DNA from: Ginglymostoma cirratum
Taxonomy: Eukaryota
Direction of reading: 5' to 3'
DNA: 64,000 bases
NCBI GenBank assembly: GCA_024137785.1
Contig: JAHRHZ010000093.1
Span: 3,910,087-3,974,086 of the forward strand
The notes under the pieces: generated by a model
Told to the model about the DNA's origin: nothing
The model's input: only the letters and a program-made list of their open reading frames with translations
Database searches by the model: none
Part shown: one piece after another, positions 50,230-63,411 of the stretch
Numbering within the stretch: the first letter of the stretch is position 1
Layout: each line of letters begins with the position of its first letter
Made by a program: the position numbers and the translations under genes

Positions 50230-51310
50230 ACGTATAGAGTGGAAGAATGGAGTGACATAATGCCTGCTAAATGACACAATCTTAAATGGGAACGAGAACA
50301 ATGAGATATGGGATGTTTGCCCACAGATTTAAGATGGCAAAGCAGGGCAATAGATTGGCTAAAATATTATAATCATGAGCTTTGCACAAGGAGGCATAGA
50401 TGGCATCATGAATTTACACTAAAGAACACCAACTGGGGGATTGTGTTTAACTGGGGCAGCACATGTTAGGAACTTCATGAAAACAGCACAGAACTGTTTT
50501 GACAGTTCTCAAAAAAAAAAAAGAGGGAGGTTTGGGGGCAAGGTAGGGAGATGGTGCTGACAGACAAAGTTGTGACGGGGTGAGAGCTATCAGGAGGGGT
50601 GTGGAGATTTGTCAAAAGACAGGAGAGATTTGAGAGGTTTAGTGGGGTTGATGTGATTTTGGAGGTTGGAACAGGAAAAGTGGTGAGGATCAGCAAAATT
50701 CAGTTACAAACGTTTTTAAAAAACTTGACACTTGTAGGTTTCTTTGGAGCAGATGTCAGGTCTCAACGATTACTCAGTTACACCTCGCCACCATTAAGGT
50801 GGTACAAGCATGGACAAAGGTCTCACAGTTCTTAGCAATCAAATCAAACTAAATGGCAGTCATTGCTCCTTAGTTTGCAACCTGTAGCCCACAGCCATGC
50901 TTTAGAAAGGAAACTGAAGATATTTTCCAAGATGATTCCAGGGATGAGAAATTACAGTACCATAGATAAACTGTGGCAGTTGAAGTTTTCTCCTTGGATC
51001 AGAAAATATAAGAAGTAATTTAAATTCATGAAGGGTTTAGATAAAGGAAATTAACTGTTTCTAGTGGTTGAAGGTTTATAACCAGAAGGCACAACAAATA
51101 CGAGGCTGGCGAAGGGACCACAGGCTGAGGACAAAAGTAAGTTTACAGTTTGCTATGTCTCATTAGGAGGTTGCTTCAGGTTTATCCGTAGACTTAAAAA
51201 AAAGCTTAAGGAGAAAAATGCAAGGAAATTGGGAAAAGGGAGGAGGATTGGGACTGACCAAGCTGCTATTCGAAAGCAGCAGATCTGATGGCCTGAATGG
51301 CTGCATTATT
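50230..51310 (+). mobile_element. Decayed CR1 3' region with an L2-like insert (about 50500-50830)
   Basis: ttttccaagatgattccagggatgagaaattacag...tttaaattcatgaagggtttagataaagg...gatggcctgaatggct tail. Confidence 0.6.
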
Positions 51311-51544
51311 CTACGACAAGACAGATGATATATCAAATCCAGTTTAGGCAATATGAAGTACTTCAGAACACCAAATCAGTCATTGTGTTTTTTATGTTGC
51401 ACTTGCTAATACACTAGTTTAACAAGGAGTTCACTGGATGTAAAGCACTTTAGAATATTCTACAGGAGTGACTGATGCCGCAGAAATGCAAATGCTTACG
51501 GCAATAAAGTGTGAACAGAAATTAAATTTCCTTCTATATCAATG

Positions 51545-52460
51545 CTGTAAAGGAGGATTTCCTGCAGAGTGTGTAAGATGGTTTTTTGAATCACTATGTT
51601 GAGGGACCAATGATAGAACAGACCATCCTAGATGGGGTATTGTACAATGAGAAAGGAAACACTGACAATCTAGCTGGGCAAGGCCCCTTGGGACAGAGTG
51701 ACCATAATATGATAGAATTGAAGATGGAGAGTGACACAGTTGATTTAGAGACGAGGGTCCTGAATCCTGAGGGCCTTTTCTTCCTAAGTGGCAGCCAGTG
51801 ACTAGTGAGGTACTGCAGGAATCAGTGCTTGGACCTCAGCTTTTCGCAATTTAAATTAATCATTTACATGAGGGAACAAAACATAATATAACCAAGTCTG
51901 CAGATGCCACAAAGCTGCATGGGAGGGGAATCTGTGAGCAGGATGCAGAGATGCTTCAGTGAGATTTGGACAAGTTGTGGTTGTGGCAAATGCCTGGCAG
52001 ATGAAGTATAATGTGGGTAAACATGAGGTTATCTATATTGATCACAAAAATAGGAAGGCAGAATGGTACTATATTGGGAAAGGAGGGAGCATAATGACAC
52101 CTGGGTGTCCTTGTACACCATTTGCTCAATGTAAGTATGCAAATGCAGCAAGTGTTGAAGGAGGAAACAGTATGTTGGCCTACAATAGGGCAAGGATTTG
52201 AATACAGGAGCAGGAACGTCTTGTGGTAATCGTACAGGGTCTTGGGGAGACTACACCTGGAATGCAGTGTAGTTTTGGTCTCCTTATCCAAGAACGGATG
52301 TTCTGGCTGTGCACGAGTGCAACAACCATTTACCAGGCTGATTCTGGGATGGCAGGAGTTACGAATGGAGAGAGATTGGATCAGTTAAGACTACATTTAA
52401 TGGCATTTAGAAGAATGAGAGGTATCTTGTAAAAGCCGATAACATTCTAATTGGCCTAAT
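51545..52460 (+). mobile_element. CR1 fragment with the endonuclease end joined directly to the RT core
   Basis: ORF gives ILDGVLYNEKG...GPLGQSDHNMIE (APE SDH motif), followed by gtactgcaggaatcagtgcttggacctcagcttttc and ANAWQMKYNVGKHEVIYI. Confidence 0.85.
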
Positions 52461-52671
52461 CAGTGTAAGGCAGGATCCTCAATAAAATGCTTGTTTATAT
52501 CAAGACACTGTTGAAAATTTCAACCTCATTTCCTGATAAAGACCACTTCCCACTGTATTGATGGCAAATGAAATAGAAGGTCACGTTTCACGAATATAAC
52601 GTAGTGCAGTCGTCATGTTGAGAGAGACCTCGTGGATTCATTGAAATAAAGTAAGAGTTTTATCCACTTAC

Positions 52672-52819
52672 CTGCAAGGAAGTCAGAACACTGCTGGAAA
52701 TGATGATGAGAAGCCAAAAGTCCATCTGGAAAAACTGAGAAATCATGTAGGCCATATAGGCGGGGAACACCAACAAGAATAAACACAGACTGACTGCTCG
52801 AAAATGTTTCCACAGACTC
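52672..52819 (-). CDS. RNF145: RNF145 exon (148 nt)
   Basis: Reads (K)SLWKHFRAVSLCLFLLVFPAYMAYMISQFFQMDFWLLIIISSSVLTSLQ; CAG acceptor, GTAAGT donor. The ORF track shows a different frame here. Confidence 0.96.
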
Positions 52820-53344
52820 CTGTAGTAAAGTAAGTAAGTAAGATGTTTTAAATGAGATATATATCAAACTCAACTGCTCTCAGAAGCCAGAGACTTTTTC
52901 TTTTTACAAGTTCAATCTTTGAAAAATTAGTACAACTTTGTTAGAAAGCCCTCATTGGTTACATCTACTACAAAGCCATAGATAGTGACATGAGTATCGA
53001 ACTGATCCTGGCCCCTGGACAGCCAATCCACAAGATCAAGGCATCTCAGTATGATTTGCATTTGTATTCTTCATTTATTATATGTTAGGGCAGCCAAACC
53101 GCATACGCTATCAACTCCCAAAGAGCGAGAGAGTTCGAAAAGTAAACATGGAGGCAAATTTCTGATTGCCGAAAAGCTTTTTTTTGGGGGAGGTGGGAAA
53201 ATCAACAATTGCAGACCTGGACCACCCAAATATCAACGGGGATAGAAACTGTCAAAGGCATGGACAGCACAACATTCTTGAACTTCGTTTCTTTTCCCCC
53301 CCAGACAGGTTAGGTTGTTTTCCTTAAAAAAAAGAGCCAGGGTA

Positions 53345-53665
53345 CACAATATAATGAGGAGTTTGGATAGAGTGGATAGGGAAGACCTGTTTCTCCCAGT
53401 AGAGAAGTCACATGCCGGGGACAGATTTAAGGTGATCGGTAGAAACAGTAAAGAGGACTAAAAGAGGACTAAAACATTAAAGAGGAAGAAAAACTTTTCA
53501 CACAGAGGGTTTGGGTGTCTGGAATTCACTGCCTGGCTTAGTGGTTGAGGCAGAAACCCTCAGCCCATTTAAAAGGAACCTGAATCTGCATCAGAAGTGC
53601 TGTAACCTACAAGGCAATGAACATGATGGGCTGATTGTCCTCTTTGTGCTGTAAATCCTCTATGT
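53345..53665 (+). mobile_element. CR1 3' end fragment
   Basis: aatgaggagtttggatagagtggatagggaagacctgtttc...ggaattcactgcctgg...gatgggctgattgtcctctttgtgctgtaaatcctctatg. Confidence 0.8.
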
Positions 53666-55399
53666 TTTTTTTTTGAGACACAAAGCCAAGGCTCAACAGT
53701 TCTAACTTCAATTGAATAGCTAGCATTCAGGCTCTTTGGAATTGATATTTAAGTTGTAACTATCTAATTTTATTTGTGTACCAGTATTGCACTAAACTTA
53801 AATGAAGTAAATTTTCATGCACAAGTCATGCTTTCACGCACTTTGTAATTCAACCTTATTAAAGGGTCAGATGATATCATTCAAACAGCTCAATGTACTG
53901 GCTGATGTGGTCATGAAGTCCACTCATTAGGAAAATGGTGTTGTCTAAAAGCATATTTTTAATACACATGAATATAGTCTGTCATGTGTTTTACCCTAAG
54001 CGTGATCAAATGTCTTCCTCTTTGCTCCCTTAAATACTGTCTTTTAATATTGTGCCCATCATAGTAAATACTGCGGTGAAGTAATTATTATACCTGTCAT
54101 TTTGCTTTGTGTCAGAAGGCAATAGTATAAATTTAATAGGGTGCTATACATTAGATATGTTAGTAGAAGCTTAACTAATTTAAAAATCTGCTTTAAGGCA
54201 GAAATTTGTTACAATTACCATCTGTTGCAACTATGCAGTTCAGTAATTAAACAGGCTGGGACTTCAAGACACATTGCATGTTAACTCAAACTTAAATATA
54301 ATGAAGGTTCATAGAAAAGTTTCCGCTCTTATATTGAAGTTTGTTTTAAATAAAGTACCTGTACTAGGAAAATGACTTTGTACTAGGGAAGGTCAACAAA
54401 AATAGATAAACAGATTAAGGCTCACACTGAGTATATTATGGTTTTTGGCAATCCACTGTCCCCTCTTGAGTATCTTGGTCATCTGGGATCAATGAAAGGG
54501 TATGAGAATGGCCTGAAAGTTTCAGATGGAGGACACTCAAGATGTGGTATGGGAAACAGCCTAGCTTTCACATTCTAAACTGTCGTATCATAAAGCAATC
54601 ACGTAGATATCAAACAAGCCAGAAATTTTCACAGCTGTTCTAAACAAGTTGTCACCGTTATTATGGACACAACCCTTACACATCTTCTGCATCCTGGACC
54701 CATGTGCAGTCCTTGAAACTTAAGATCAAGTCATTCAGGAATAAACACGAAAAACTGACAGATAATAGCAGAAATAATAATTACTTCACCTCCGTGTTTA
54801 CTTGGAAGACTTGTATTTTGGGCCAATATTAGAAGGGATCCACAAAGATATACAGGTATTTAAGGGAGAGAAAGAGACATGTAATCATACTTGAAAAAAG
54901 GATAAAACACATGACCCAGATTGTACTCATGTGCATTGAAAACATGAGGGATGAGATAGGAGAAACATAATTTCATCTTTTCAGAGAAAAATCAGGAAAC
55001 AGAATTATACCAGAGGACTGACAGACAGCATACATGATTCCCAAATGCAGGACAGCTAGTAAAGGCCAATGAATAAAAGATTGAATTTTAATGCCTTAAT
55101 GTCAGTCTGTTAAAATTCATTTTGTGGGATGTGGGCGTCGCTGGCTGGGCAGCATTTATCGTCCATCCCTAGCTGCCCTTGAAATAATGGTGAGCTGCTT
55201 TCCTGAACCATTGTAGTTCATGTGCTGGTAGACCCACAATGCCGAGTAAAGGAATGTGACCAATGGACCAGAAAGACTGGATTCAAATCCCACCTCATGT
55301 AATGGCCACAACGGTACGTCATGAAACATCTCAACAACTTGATTTTAAAAAGATTACTGGTATAAATGGTCCTATCCTCCAAAAATAAAAAAAACACTA

Positions 55400-56200
55400 G
55401 AGGAGCAGGAGGTTATAACTCAATGAGGACTGCAACAGAAGCAGGTAGGCTGAAATAAACTTAAGTATAATTTCAAATTAAAATCAACATAATTAATTCT
55501 GAGGTGGTAGCTTTTAGTCTGAAGAATAAGGAGACAAATACTACTCGATCCAAATGTCTGAATTCAGTCAGGGACCAGAGGGAGGCTGAGTAAAAATACA
55601 TAAAAGACTACAGGTTAACAAGGTCACATGAAGCAAATACACCACTGGGGCTCAAGGACAGAAGATATCTGTAAATGAAATTACGTATCTATGGGGCTTT
55701 GATTAGACCATATAGGCAATGTATTGTGTTCAATGTTGGTCTCCAGATTAGAAAAAGAATTGGATGCACCGGTGTCAGAAAAAAATTTACTGAAATGATA
55801 TCAGATGTGAAAATTTGTTTCTTTCAGGAAAGATCAAGGTAGGCTGAAGTTCTTTCCTTCAGAAAAGAGATGACTGTATATATAGAGAGTCAAACGCTTG
55901 ATAGAAAAGACAAACATATTTCCATTTGCAGGGGAGACCAGAAATAGAAGCCGTATACAATAAACACAATTGGGAGTTCTGGAATAACATCTTCATCTAG
56001 AGATAAGTCAAAACACACAACTTCACCATAAGCAACAGTTCAAGTTGACTGGCACAGATGCAGTGAAGGGGAAAGCTGATGAACAAATGGAGAGAAACGT
56101 ATTTACAGGTACATTGGAAGATGTATAGAGGCTTTTGTGGATCAGAAATACAAGCATGGATCTGTTGGAGAAAATAGTGTTTATTGCTGGTAACAGGCTA
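55400..56200 (+). mobile_element. Decayed CR1 3' region
   Basis: attagaccatataggcaatgtattgtgttcaatgttggtctcca...tttccatttgcaggggagaccagaaatagaag. Other CR1 tail pieces lie near 2700-2860, 21295-21460, 31870-32150, 34920-35170 and 59570-59825. Confidence 0.65.
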
Positions 56201-56415
56201 TGAGAAAATATCTGAAACATTGACGGAAAGCAAGGGTACAACAATAACAAAACAACTTGCAGTTAACATATCACAGCAGTGAAAGCTGAATCTGTTAGAG
56301 AGTTTAAGCAACTTGATAAACAAGACTGGTTCCTTCAGGAATATGGGACAAAAGCAACAGATCAAAGCTGTGGCTTCTTATGCTGTAAAATATTAAGATT
56401 TTAAGATAATCTTAC

Positions 56416-56598
56416 TTGTTTCTTGAGGCTCCAAGTGCAAGAACGATAGGGTCAGCAATTTCTAACATTGACTGAAGGATTGAAGCCACCACAATAAAGA
56501 GAATGATACTCAGCAGAAAGGCTCGATGAACAACTTGCAATTCAATCAGGCCAGTCTGTACTGCCAGAATCAGTAATGTGATACCTTCAGTCATTCCT
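56416..56598 (-). CDS. RNF145: RNF145 exon (183 nt)
   Basis: Reads (R)GMTEGITLLILAVQTGLIELQVVHRAFLLSIILFIVVASILQSMLEIADPIVLALGASRN(K); CAG acceptor, GTAAGA donor. Confidence 0.96.
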
Positions 56599-58413
56599 CT
56601 GTGGAAAAGTGATTAAAAATAAGATCTCACTTGATGCAACAGATCACTTCTCTCCTTGTTCTAACAACAGTTGCTAGTGCTTGGGTGAAGAGAATTTCAA
56701 CTAGAGTAATCCAAATATCACAACCATACTATTTAGGATAATGCCACAAAACAAACCAATCAGGATTTTTGAAAGAAGTTCTTAAGCTGGGTTTTAAAAA
56801 AAAAATATTGTAAAGCACTATGCAACATGATCTATCTGGATACACCAGATATCAAACTTTTACTAAGATTTCCAACTGGTGCCTTTTCTTTTAAAAGTAC
56901 TGCTGAAAGAAATTTTACAAATAATGTACTGAGATGATGAGATTAATTCTGGAGTGTAGCTGTTTTAGAACAAACAGTGAACCATTCTGGAAAGACACTT
57001 TTGTGTTTATTAAGTGCTAATTGCTCCATTCTGTGCTGACTCCAAAACAGGCAGGATTACCATACAACAGTTCAGTCCACTGAGATGAAGGCTGTGATTT
57101 TTATATATTATTTTCATTTTTACAGGCTGGATAACTAAAGGTTTGGAAAATGGGTGTTGGTTATCTTTGTGAAGAGTGCTAAAATTAAAACCAGGCCAGA
57201 CAGTAACCTGAGCCAGTATGCGTCAGAGAGCAGGAAATCCTTGGACTGCAAATTGAACTTTTTCTTTAAAATACTGTGGGATTGCCAACAGGGGAACATT
57301 AAAAATCACTAGTTTCTTTCTGGTTCTGATAATCAAGGATTAAGTTCAGTTTAGAAAACCCGGAGATTTATGAAAGGTTTTTAGCAAAGTTCAGAGGAGA
57401 CATGACTGAGCTCACAGCAAGCACGCTTTCTCTCCTAGAAGAGACATTTTTCACAGTAATGAAGGGAATAAATTATTGCAGTCATAATTTTGTACAATTT
57501 CCAGATCAGGAGTGTTTGGTTCAAAACCTGCAAGTTCTAGAAAACAGAGAAAGTCTAAACTTTCAGTTTTGACGGTATTCTTGCTGGAAGACTCCATCGT
57601 TCACAGGACAGAGGCTTGAGAGAATGAATCCATTGAACTAAACGTCAAGATTTGATATAGAGGAGTAATTTCCCTGGATCGGATTCTTTGCTGTTGAGAA
57701 GTGGGTTGAACACTTAGTTTTGTCCTGTGTTTTAAGATCTCTATATCCATGTTCTACACCAAGACAGCTTGTTTCTTTCTGTTTCTGTCTTTTGTATAAC
57801 TTCTGTTGTGAAAGAAAGTCAACAGTCTTGCTTATTTCAGTGACTGACCACCAGGTGTTAGGTGCTAAGTATGAGTGTTGGGCCCAGCAGTTTTAATTCT
57901 GGTAGGATCACAATGCAAGAGGGTGGGATGGGTGTCTGTCTTGAGTCAGGGGTTCAGTTTAATAGTTAACCAGAAGTGACATGAAATTTTAAATGCTTTA
58001 ACTTTTCCCATGTAATCAAAGAACTTGAATGAATCTAAATGATGCGAATGATCAAATGAAAGTGCTTTTCCAGAATGTTCTGGATACAGGGGAACTGCCC
58101 ATCAGAAGTTTCAATTTACCAAGCAATTAGCACAGAGTTAGCTGTGTTGGGGATTCCAGTTGGACCTGATGAGCAATTCCATTCTCAAGTATCTTCAATG
58201 ACTTTCTGGCCAGCAGAATATTTGGGCCTACATCTACTTAAGAAAGATTTCAGAGCTTACGTCAATACTGAAAATAATAATTGTAATCTGAGCAGATATC
58301 TAGAAAAGATTTGATACACTACGTAAACTTTAAGTGAACTGTTCACAAGCATATAGGCCATCTAACTTTAGGTGCACTACACTGGTCATACATATGCACA
58401 GTTTGCTTCTTAC

Positions 58414-58554
58414 CTATGCATGAGATTGTCGTTCATGAAAGCTCCATAACCTTGAAGGTAGAACTTGCAAAGTGTCAGGACACCCAGGGTAATGAAGGAG
58501 ATTGTGAACATGAGGCCCAACAAAGAATAAGGAGTGCTGCAACATTCAGCAATA
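58414..58554 (-). CDS. RNF145: RNF145 exon (141 nt)
   Basis: Reads (S)IAECCSTPYSLLGLMFTISFITLGVLTLCKFYLQGYGAFMNDNLMH(R); CAG acceptor, GTAAGA donor. Confidence 0.96.
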
Positions 58555-59108
58555 CTGCAACAGAAATGTTAATTGAATGACCTAACTACAATGAAAGCAA
58601 ATATATCTTTATTAATCATATTGAAAGCACATAGATGTACATAGAAAAATATTTTCCCAAGCACCAGACTATTTTATCCCCCACCCCAGACTCTGCTCTT
58701 CTTTCTTCACTGAAGTTTACCATTTCCAAAGGGGCTGCGATTGGGCAACAGTATCTGAATTCATACGTTGAGTCCAGCATAAATGCAAGGGTAACCTCAT
58801 GTTCTCCAGAGCTGATTTATAGATAACTCCAAAGCAGCATTCGTAAGTGGAAGCAGGAGATAACATCTCCCAACTAGAGTGATAATACCATTAATATCAT
58901 TCCTACACTGCTGTAATGATCTGGCTGAACTCAGTAGCCCAACAAGGTTTCAATTTGCAATATCCATCCCTCAACAACAGAAAATACGAAAAGTAGACAA
59001 CTTCATCATACTGAAAATGATTTCAGCATGCACAGCCCAAATCTGAATAACACTGCCAACATTTATTTTTGTTGATGCTGCTAGCCTAAGTGCAATCATA
59101 AATCATAC

Positions 59109-59284
59109 CTTGTGAGAAAGAGGAATAGCAGTCTCTCCCGAGATGTGGGGTGATCACGTGTACTAAAGTAAGAATAGATCTGTAGAGCAAATAGGACCAA
59201 CCAGAAAACCATGAACAGCACAGGAACAACCAACTGATTCCAGAGAGACATCCCCAGTGCTAACAGTCCATAAACTTCAACTAC
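59109..59284 (-). CDS. RNF145: RNF145 exon (176 nt)
   Basis: Reads VVEVYGLLALGMSLWNQLVVPVLFMVFWLVLFALQIYSYFSTRDHPTSRERLLFLFLT(S); CAG acceptor, GTATGA donor. Confidence 0.96.
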
Positions 59285-61434
59285 CTGTTCAAGAGAAGGA
59301 TGATAAAGAAAGTACAAATGGATCATGCAAAAATCCATTCACATGACACATGACAATTGAATGCAAAATGACTTGCAACATGAGTGAGATAAGCAAAAAT
59401 AGATGAATTAAGTCAGCTCTCAGCAAAAAGCAGTGAACACAGTTGGATTGAAGAACTCATGTTAATTCTTGACTAAAAAAAAGTTTTTAAAGGCAACGCA
59501 ATGATATTCTTTTCCCTTCTTGACATAATATTTAAACAGACAAAATCCATTTGGATAATCTTAACCGATTCCATGATAGATGTGCTATGGAGCTAGCACA
59601 TTAAAAGGGCACGTAATTTGAACTAAATCATCTCGAAAGACACAAGGATAAACGAGTCATCAAATGAAGTGTTTGAACTGGACAAGTATCTGAAAGGGAA
59701 ATATTTTCAGGGCCAAAGGGAAAAAGGTACTGGAGTGGCATGAGGTGAATTGCTCTTACAGACAGACAGCACATACATAACAAGCTGAATGGCCTCCTTC
59801 TGTAGTATCACTATGCTAGGATTCTAATGGAAGAGGGAACTCTGTTCTGCGGTTGGGAATAAAACATTGTTTTGGCAGTGGAGACAAGTATTTTTTCTAT
59901 AGCTTGTACTATGGTTGATGCTGGTACAGCATGTGGAAAATACTTCATTTCTGTAACAGGCACCCCTCTGCATAGTAACCACAACTTACAAATTTAAAAG
60001 AAGAGAAAAACCGACAAAGCACTTGTCACTTTGCCACTTGTCAAAAGGTCTTAACCTATTTCTAAAGAAATTGCCTAGAAACAAAACTAACAAGTAGTAA
60101 ATTAATTGTTCAATTGTAAGTGAGGAATCAATATCCGTACACAACATCATGAATGATGCTCAACTTCTCAATGAAGGATTTGCTCAAGTCTGATATCTAG
60201 CTCATGGTTCTTTATTTAGGTGCTTTTCTTACCATTCAGTTCATAAGAACATTGTATTGGCAACTTTTGAGGGCTCATCTGCTAACAGATGGGCCCAACG
60301 GTCCACCTTCTTAAACAATGAGATTGAACGAGAGGAAAAGAAGAATGACAAAGGAGGACATCTGGTGAATTGGAGTCAGACTGGATACAGGAGGACAAAT
60401 AGAGATGGGAAAACCAAATTGAATTAAGGAACAGCATGGTCAGAGAAAATTGGATTCTTGAAAAAAATTCTTTAAGTCTTTGAAATGACAGCCCACAGTT
60501 TCAGCTATTGCCTTTCCAGAACAGATGAACAAGTATCCTGTTATTGGAGAGGGTCCATCACTATTAAATACTTTCTGCAGTGAGTTTAATTCATATTTAG
60601 TAAAAAACGGGGAAGATATCAAGGCCAACATGATAGAAATCATCCAGCAATATGTACTGATTTGAAACTGAAGGCACAGTTTTTTATCACTACAAACTGC
60701 TTTAAGGTTTACACAGAATAACAGCATTGCACATTAAACTCCATGATCTCCCCAGCAAATAAGAGGGCCCACTTTTCATCTAAATGATTAATCATCATAA
60801 CACAGTTGCATATCAATTAGTAAAGCAGACTAAAGGGAAAGCAAATTTTTTTTTACAATTTTTTTGGAAAAATCCCTGGACTCTTGTCTGTGATAAGAAC
60901 AATTATTTTTCTTGATAATCACCTCTGCAAGATTTAAAAAAAAAGGCTTCCTTCAGGCTTTTTTTAAGGTAAAATTGCAAATAAATACAAGGGAACTCCC
61001 AAGAGAAATGCAAAAGAATGAAAATAAACAAAACGGAGGTCAAAGTCACACCACATATCAGCAACAAGTCAAATGTTAGATTGTAGCAGTTGGGATGCAT
61101 TTAAGACATTTCAGAAACTTCAAAACATGTTTCAAAGAAGGCAAGAGAAACTGTTCAGTCAAGCCAAACCAGGGACAATCCCACTCAAACCACATTCTAG
61201 AAGTTTTAATGAGATCAGGACACAATCACAAAACTTAAATCAGGAATGCCCAATGAGCCAAACTCAAGAAAGAATATACCGGAGAGGGAAGCAGGATGCA
61301 TGACTGTACACGCACAACAGCGCATGTGTACAATGAGAAAGGGAGAGTGTGTATATGCAGAGAGCGAGAGACACAGAGAGAAGTGAGAAAGCAGCACAAA
61401 GTACTTAACACTCAGTCTGGTAGGTTTCTCTCAC

Positions 61435-61670
61435 CTGCACCAGTTCCTTGTATGCTAATTTAGCCAGCTTGTAAGGTACCAACAGGTTGGAAGCGAGGAA
61501 GTAAAGTACTTCCAGTCCTGTGAAAATCATGGCAAACCTGTTGATGATGACGAGCATTTCCACAGGAACCATGCAGAACCGTGCCAGTAAAGGTAGCAAA
61601 TGGGCAGAAAAGAGCCAGATCTGTTTAGTCTTCATAACGAAGGAGCAAAGTGTGCAGACCACCAGCTGCC
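61435..61670 (-). CDS. RNF145: RNF145 exon (236 nt), the most 5' exon in the window; ER multi-pass RING-H2 E3 ligase with a TRC8-like N-terminal domain
   Basis: Reads (G)QLVVCTLCSFVMKTKQIWLFSAHLLPLLARFCMVPVEMLVIINRFAMIFTGLEVLYFLASNLLVPYKLAKLAYKELVQ; CAG acceptor, GTGAGA donor. All seven exons join in frame (1682 nt). Confidence 0.96.
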
Positions 61671-61706
61671 CTGTAATAAACACAAAAGAGAATCAATATA
61701 ATTGGA

Positions 61707-61800
61707 TACAAAAACAGATGTCACATTGGAAAGCTCAACAGGTCTGGCAGCATCTGTGAAGAGAAATCAGAGTTGACTTTTCGAGTCTGGTCATCCTTCC
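61707..61800 (-). mobile_element. Family A pLTR remnant with a degenerate hammerhead, next to an RNF145 splice acceptor
   Basis: aagctcaacaggtctggcagcatctgtgaagagaaatcagagttgacttttcgagtctggtcatccttcc; flanks tcaatataattgga and tcaatataactgca. Confidence 0.8.
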
Positions 61801-62439
61801 TCAATATAACTGCAACAGATTCACTCAAAACAAGGTTACACAACAGTATGTTGCCTCCTCTCCAGAAGGCCACATCTTACTCACGGGAGCTCTCCATTCC
61901 CTTGACCCATTGGGTCATTCTCCACGAAACTGCTTAGTGCATGTGGGCAAGCTGTCTTGGCCCTGCCTATTACATACAGTTTCCAGTATGAGTAACTGCA
62001 AATTTAGCACCATGAGAACTTATCTTCTCATTACCGGACCAGAAACAGAATCTAATTGTTGTATCCCCATTTAGAACAAGATACACCTCAAGACCATGGT
62101 TCCAACTCGTGGCCTTCAGTTTAATCATAATACTTCTGAACATGGCAAGTTTTCCCACTATGTGACTAAATATTTTGAAATGTTGTTACTGCACATTTCT
62201 GAAGGCACTTAAATGCAGATCCAAAAAACTGACATCATATTGAAAAAGGTTCTCAATAAACTTTAATTAGCGCAACCATATTCTGGATAAAAGCATAAGT
62301 TACAACTAGAATGGAGATTCTGGTTTATACATACATTAATACATCAAAATCTCTGTCATTTAAATAATCCAACTCCAAAAAACTCATTATATCAAATGCA
62401 CTGTATACCTTGAAGATTTTTCACGTTATTATAGTCCTT

Positions 62440-62662
62440 AAAAGTAAAAGGTAAATCGCCATTGTCCTACCAAGCCATAGAACTGCTCTCGTTGTTGAGA
62501 AAAAAAACTTGTGGTGATTTAACCTGAAGGTGACTACGCATCAGGCAAGGTACAAGGTTGAGAACAAATGTCTTTCGTGGTAACCTCATTCGGTGTGGAG
62601 ATTGAACTCATGGCAAAAAGACCACTCTGCAACGCAAACCAGTCATACAGCCAACTGAGCTA
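62440..62662 (-). mobile_element. tRNA-derived SINE, homologue of 30572-30775
   Basis: Minus strand has TAGCTCAGTTGG (A box) and GAGTTCAATCTCC (B box). Confidence 0.75.
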
Positions 62663-63411
62663 TCCAACGAACTATAATCCTGGCCTTTTTAAAATTCATT
62701 TGTGGATGTCAGCATCACTGGCTGGCCAGCAATTATTGTCTGTCTTTAGTTGCCCTTGACAAAGTGGTGGTAAACTGCCCTCTTGAACTGCTACAGTCCA
62801 CTTGCCCACAATGCCATTGGGGAGGAAATTCCAGGATTTCAACCCATCGATAGTGATACATTTTAGGATACATTTTCGCAAGCGGCTTGGAAGGGAACTT
62901 GAAGGTGTTGGTGCTCCCTGACATCCATAAGTATGGTTTTACAAGTTGGGGGTCAATAAATAGTGACTAGTTTAGGCATTTTTTTTCATATTTTTTCCTG
63001 AACTGAATCTGCCTCAGATATATCGCGATTTCAACTCTGAAATGATCTGTTCCAATCCGTCATACCAAAAACCATCTGCTTCTGTTCCCTGTTCAACTTC
63101 AGGACTGCACTTCACTGTCTTTTGTTGGTTTCTGAGGCTCAAACTGCTGCTGTGTTGGAAAGAAATGCACTGTTAGATAAAATTCCATTCCCAACATTGC
63201 TCAGTTTCATCTCATTTTAGCTAAAACTTGTTGCAGAAAGACTCCTGCCGTGACCTATCTAAATTCCAGTCTCTCTGGCTCTGCTTTCTGCTTCTCTGGT
63301 AGGGTTTTTGTTTAATTCATTCTGGAAGAGCTCTGGCTGGTTCCCACTTCACATTCTTACTTCAGTCCAGCTGCTGCTGAAATTTTCAGACTCAATTATT
63401 CGAATTTTCTT

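Noticed and set aside
52613-52873. 86-aa ORF as a separate gene
   Set aside because: It is the wrong frame of the RNF145 exon at 52672-52819.
53450-53475. Short tandem duplication of aaagaggacta
   Set aside because: An ordinary slippage duplication inside a dead CR1 tail.
56925-57912. Possible solo LTR (TG...CA, about 1 kb)
   Set aside because: No convincing TSD, primer-binding site or second copy in the window.
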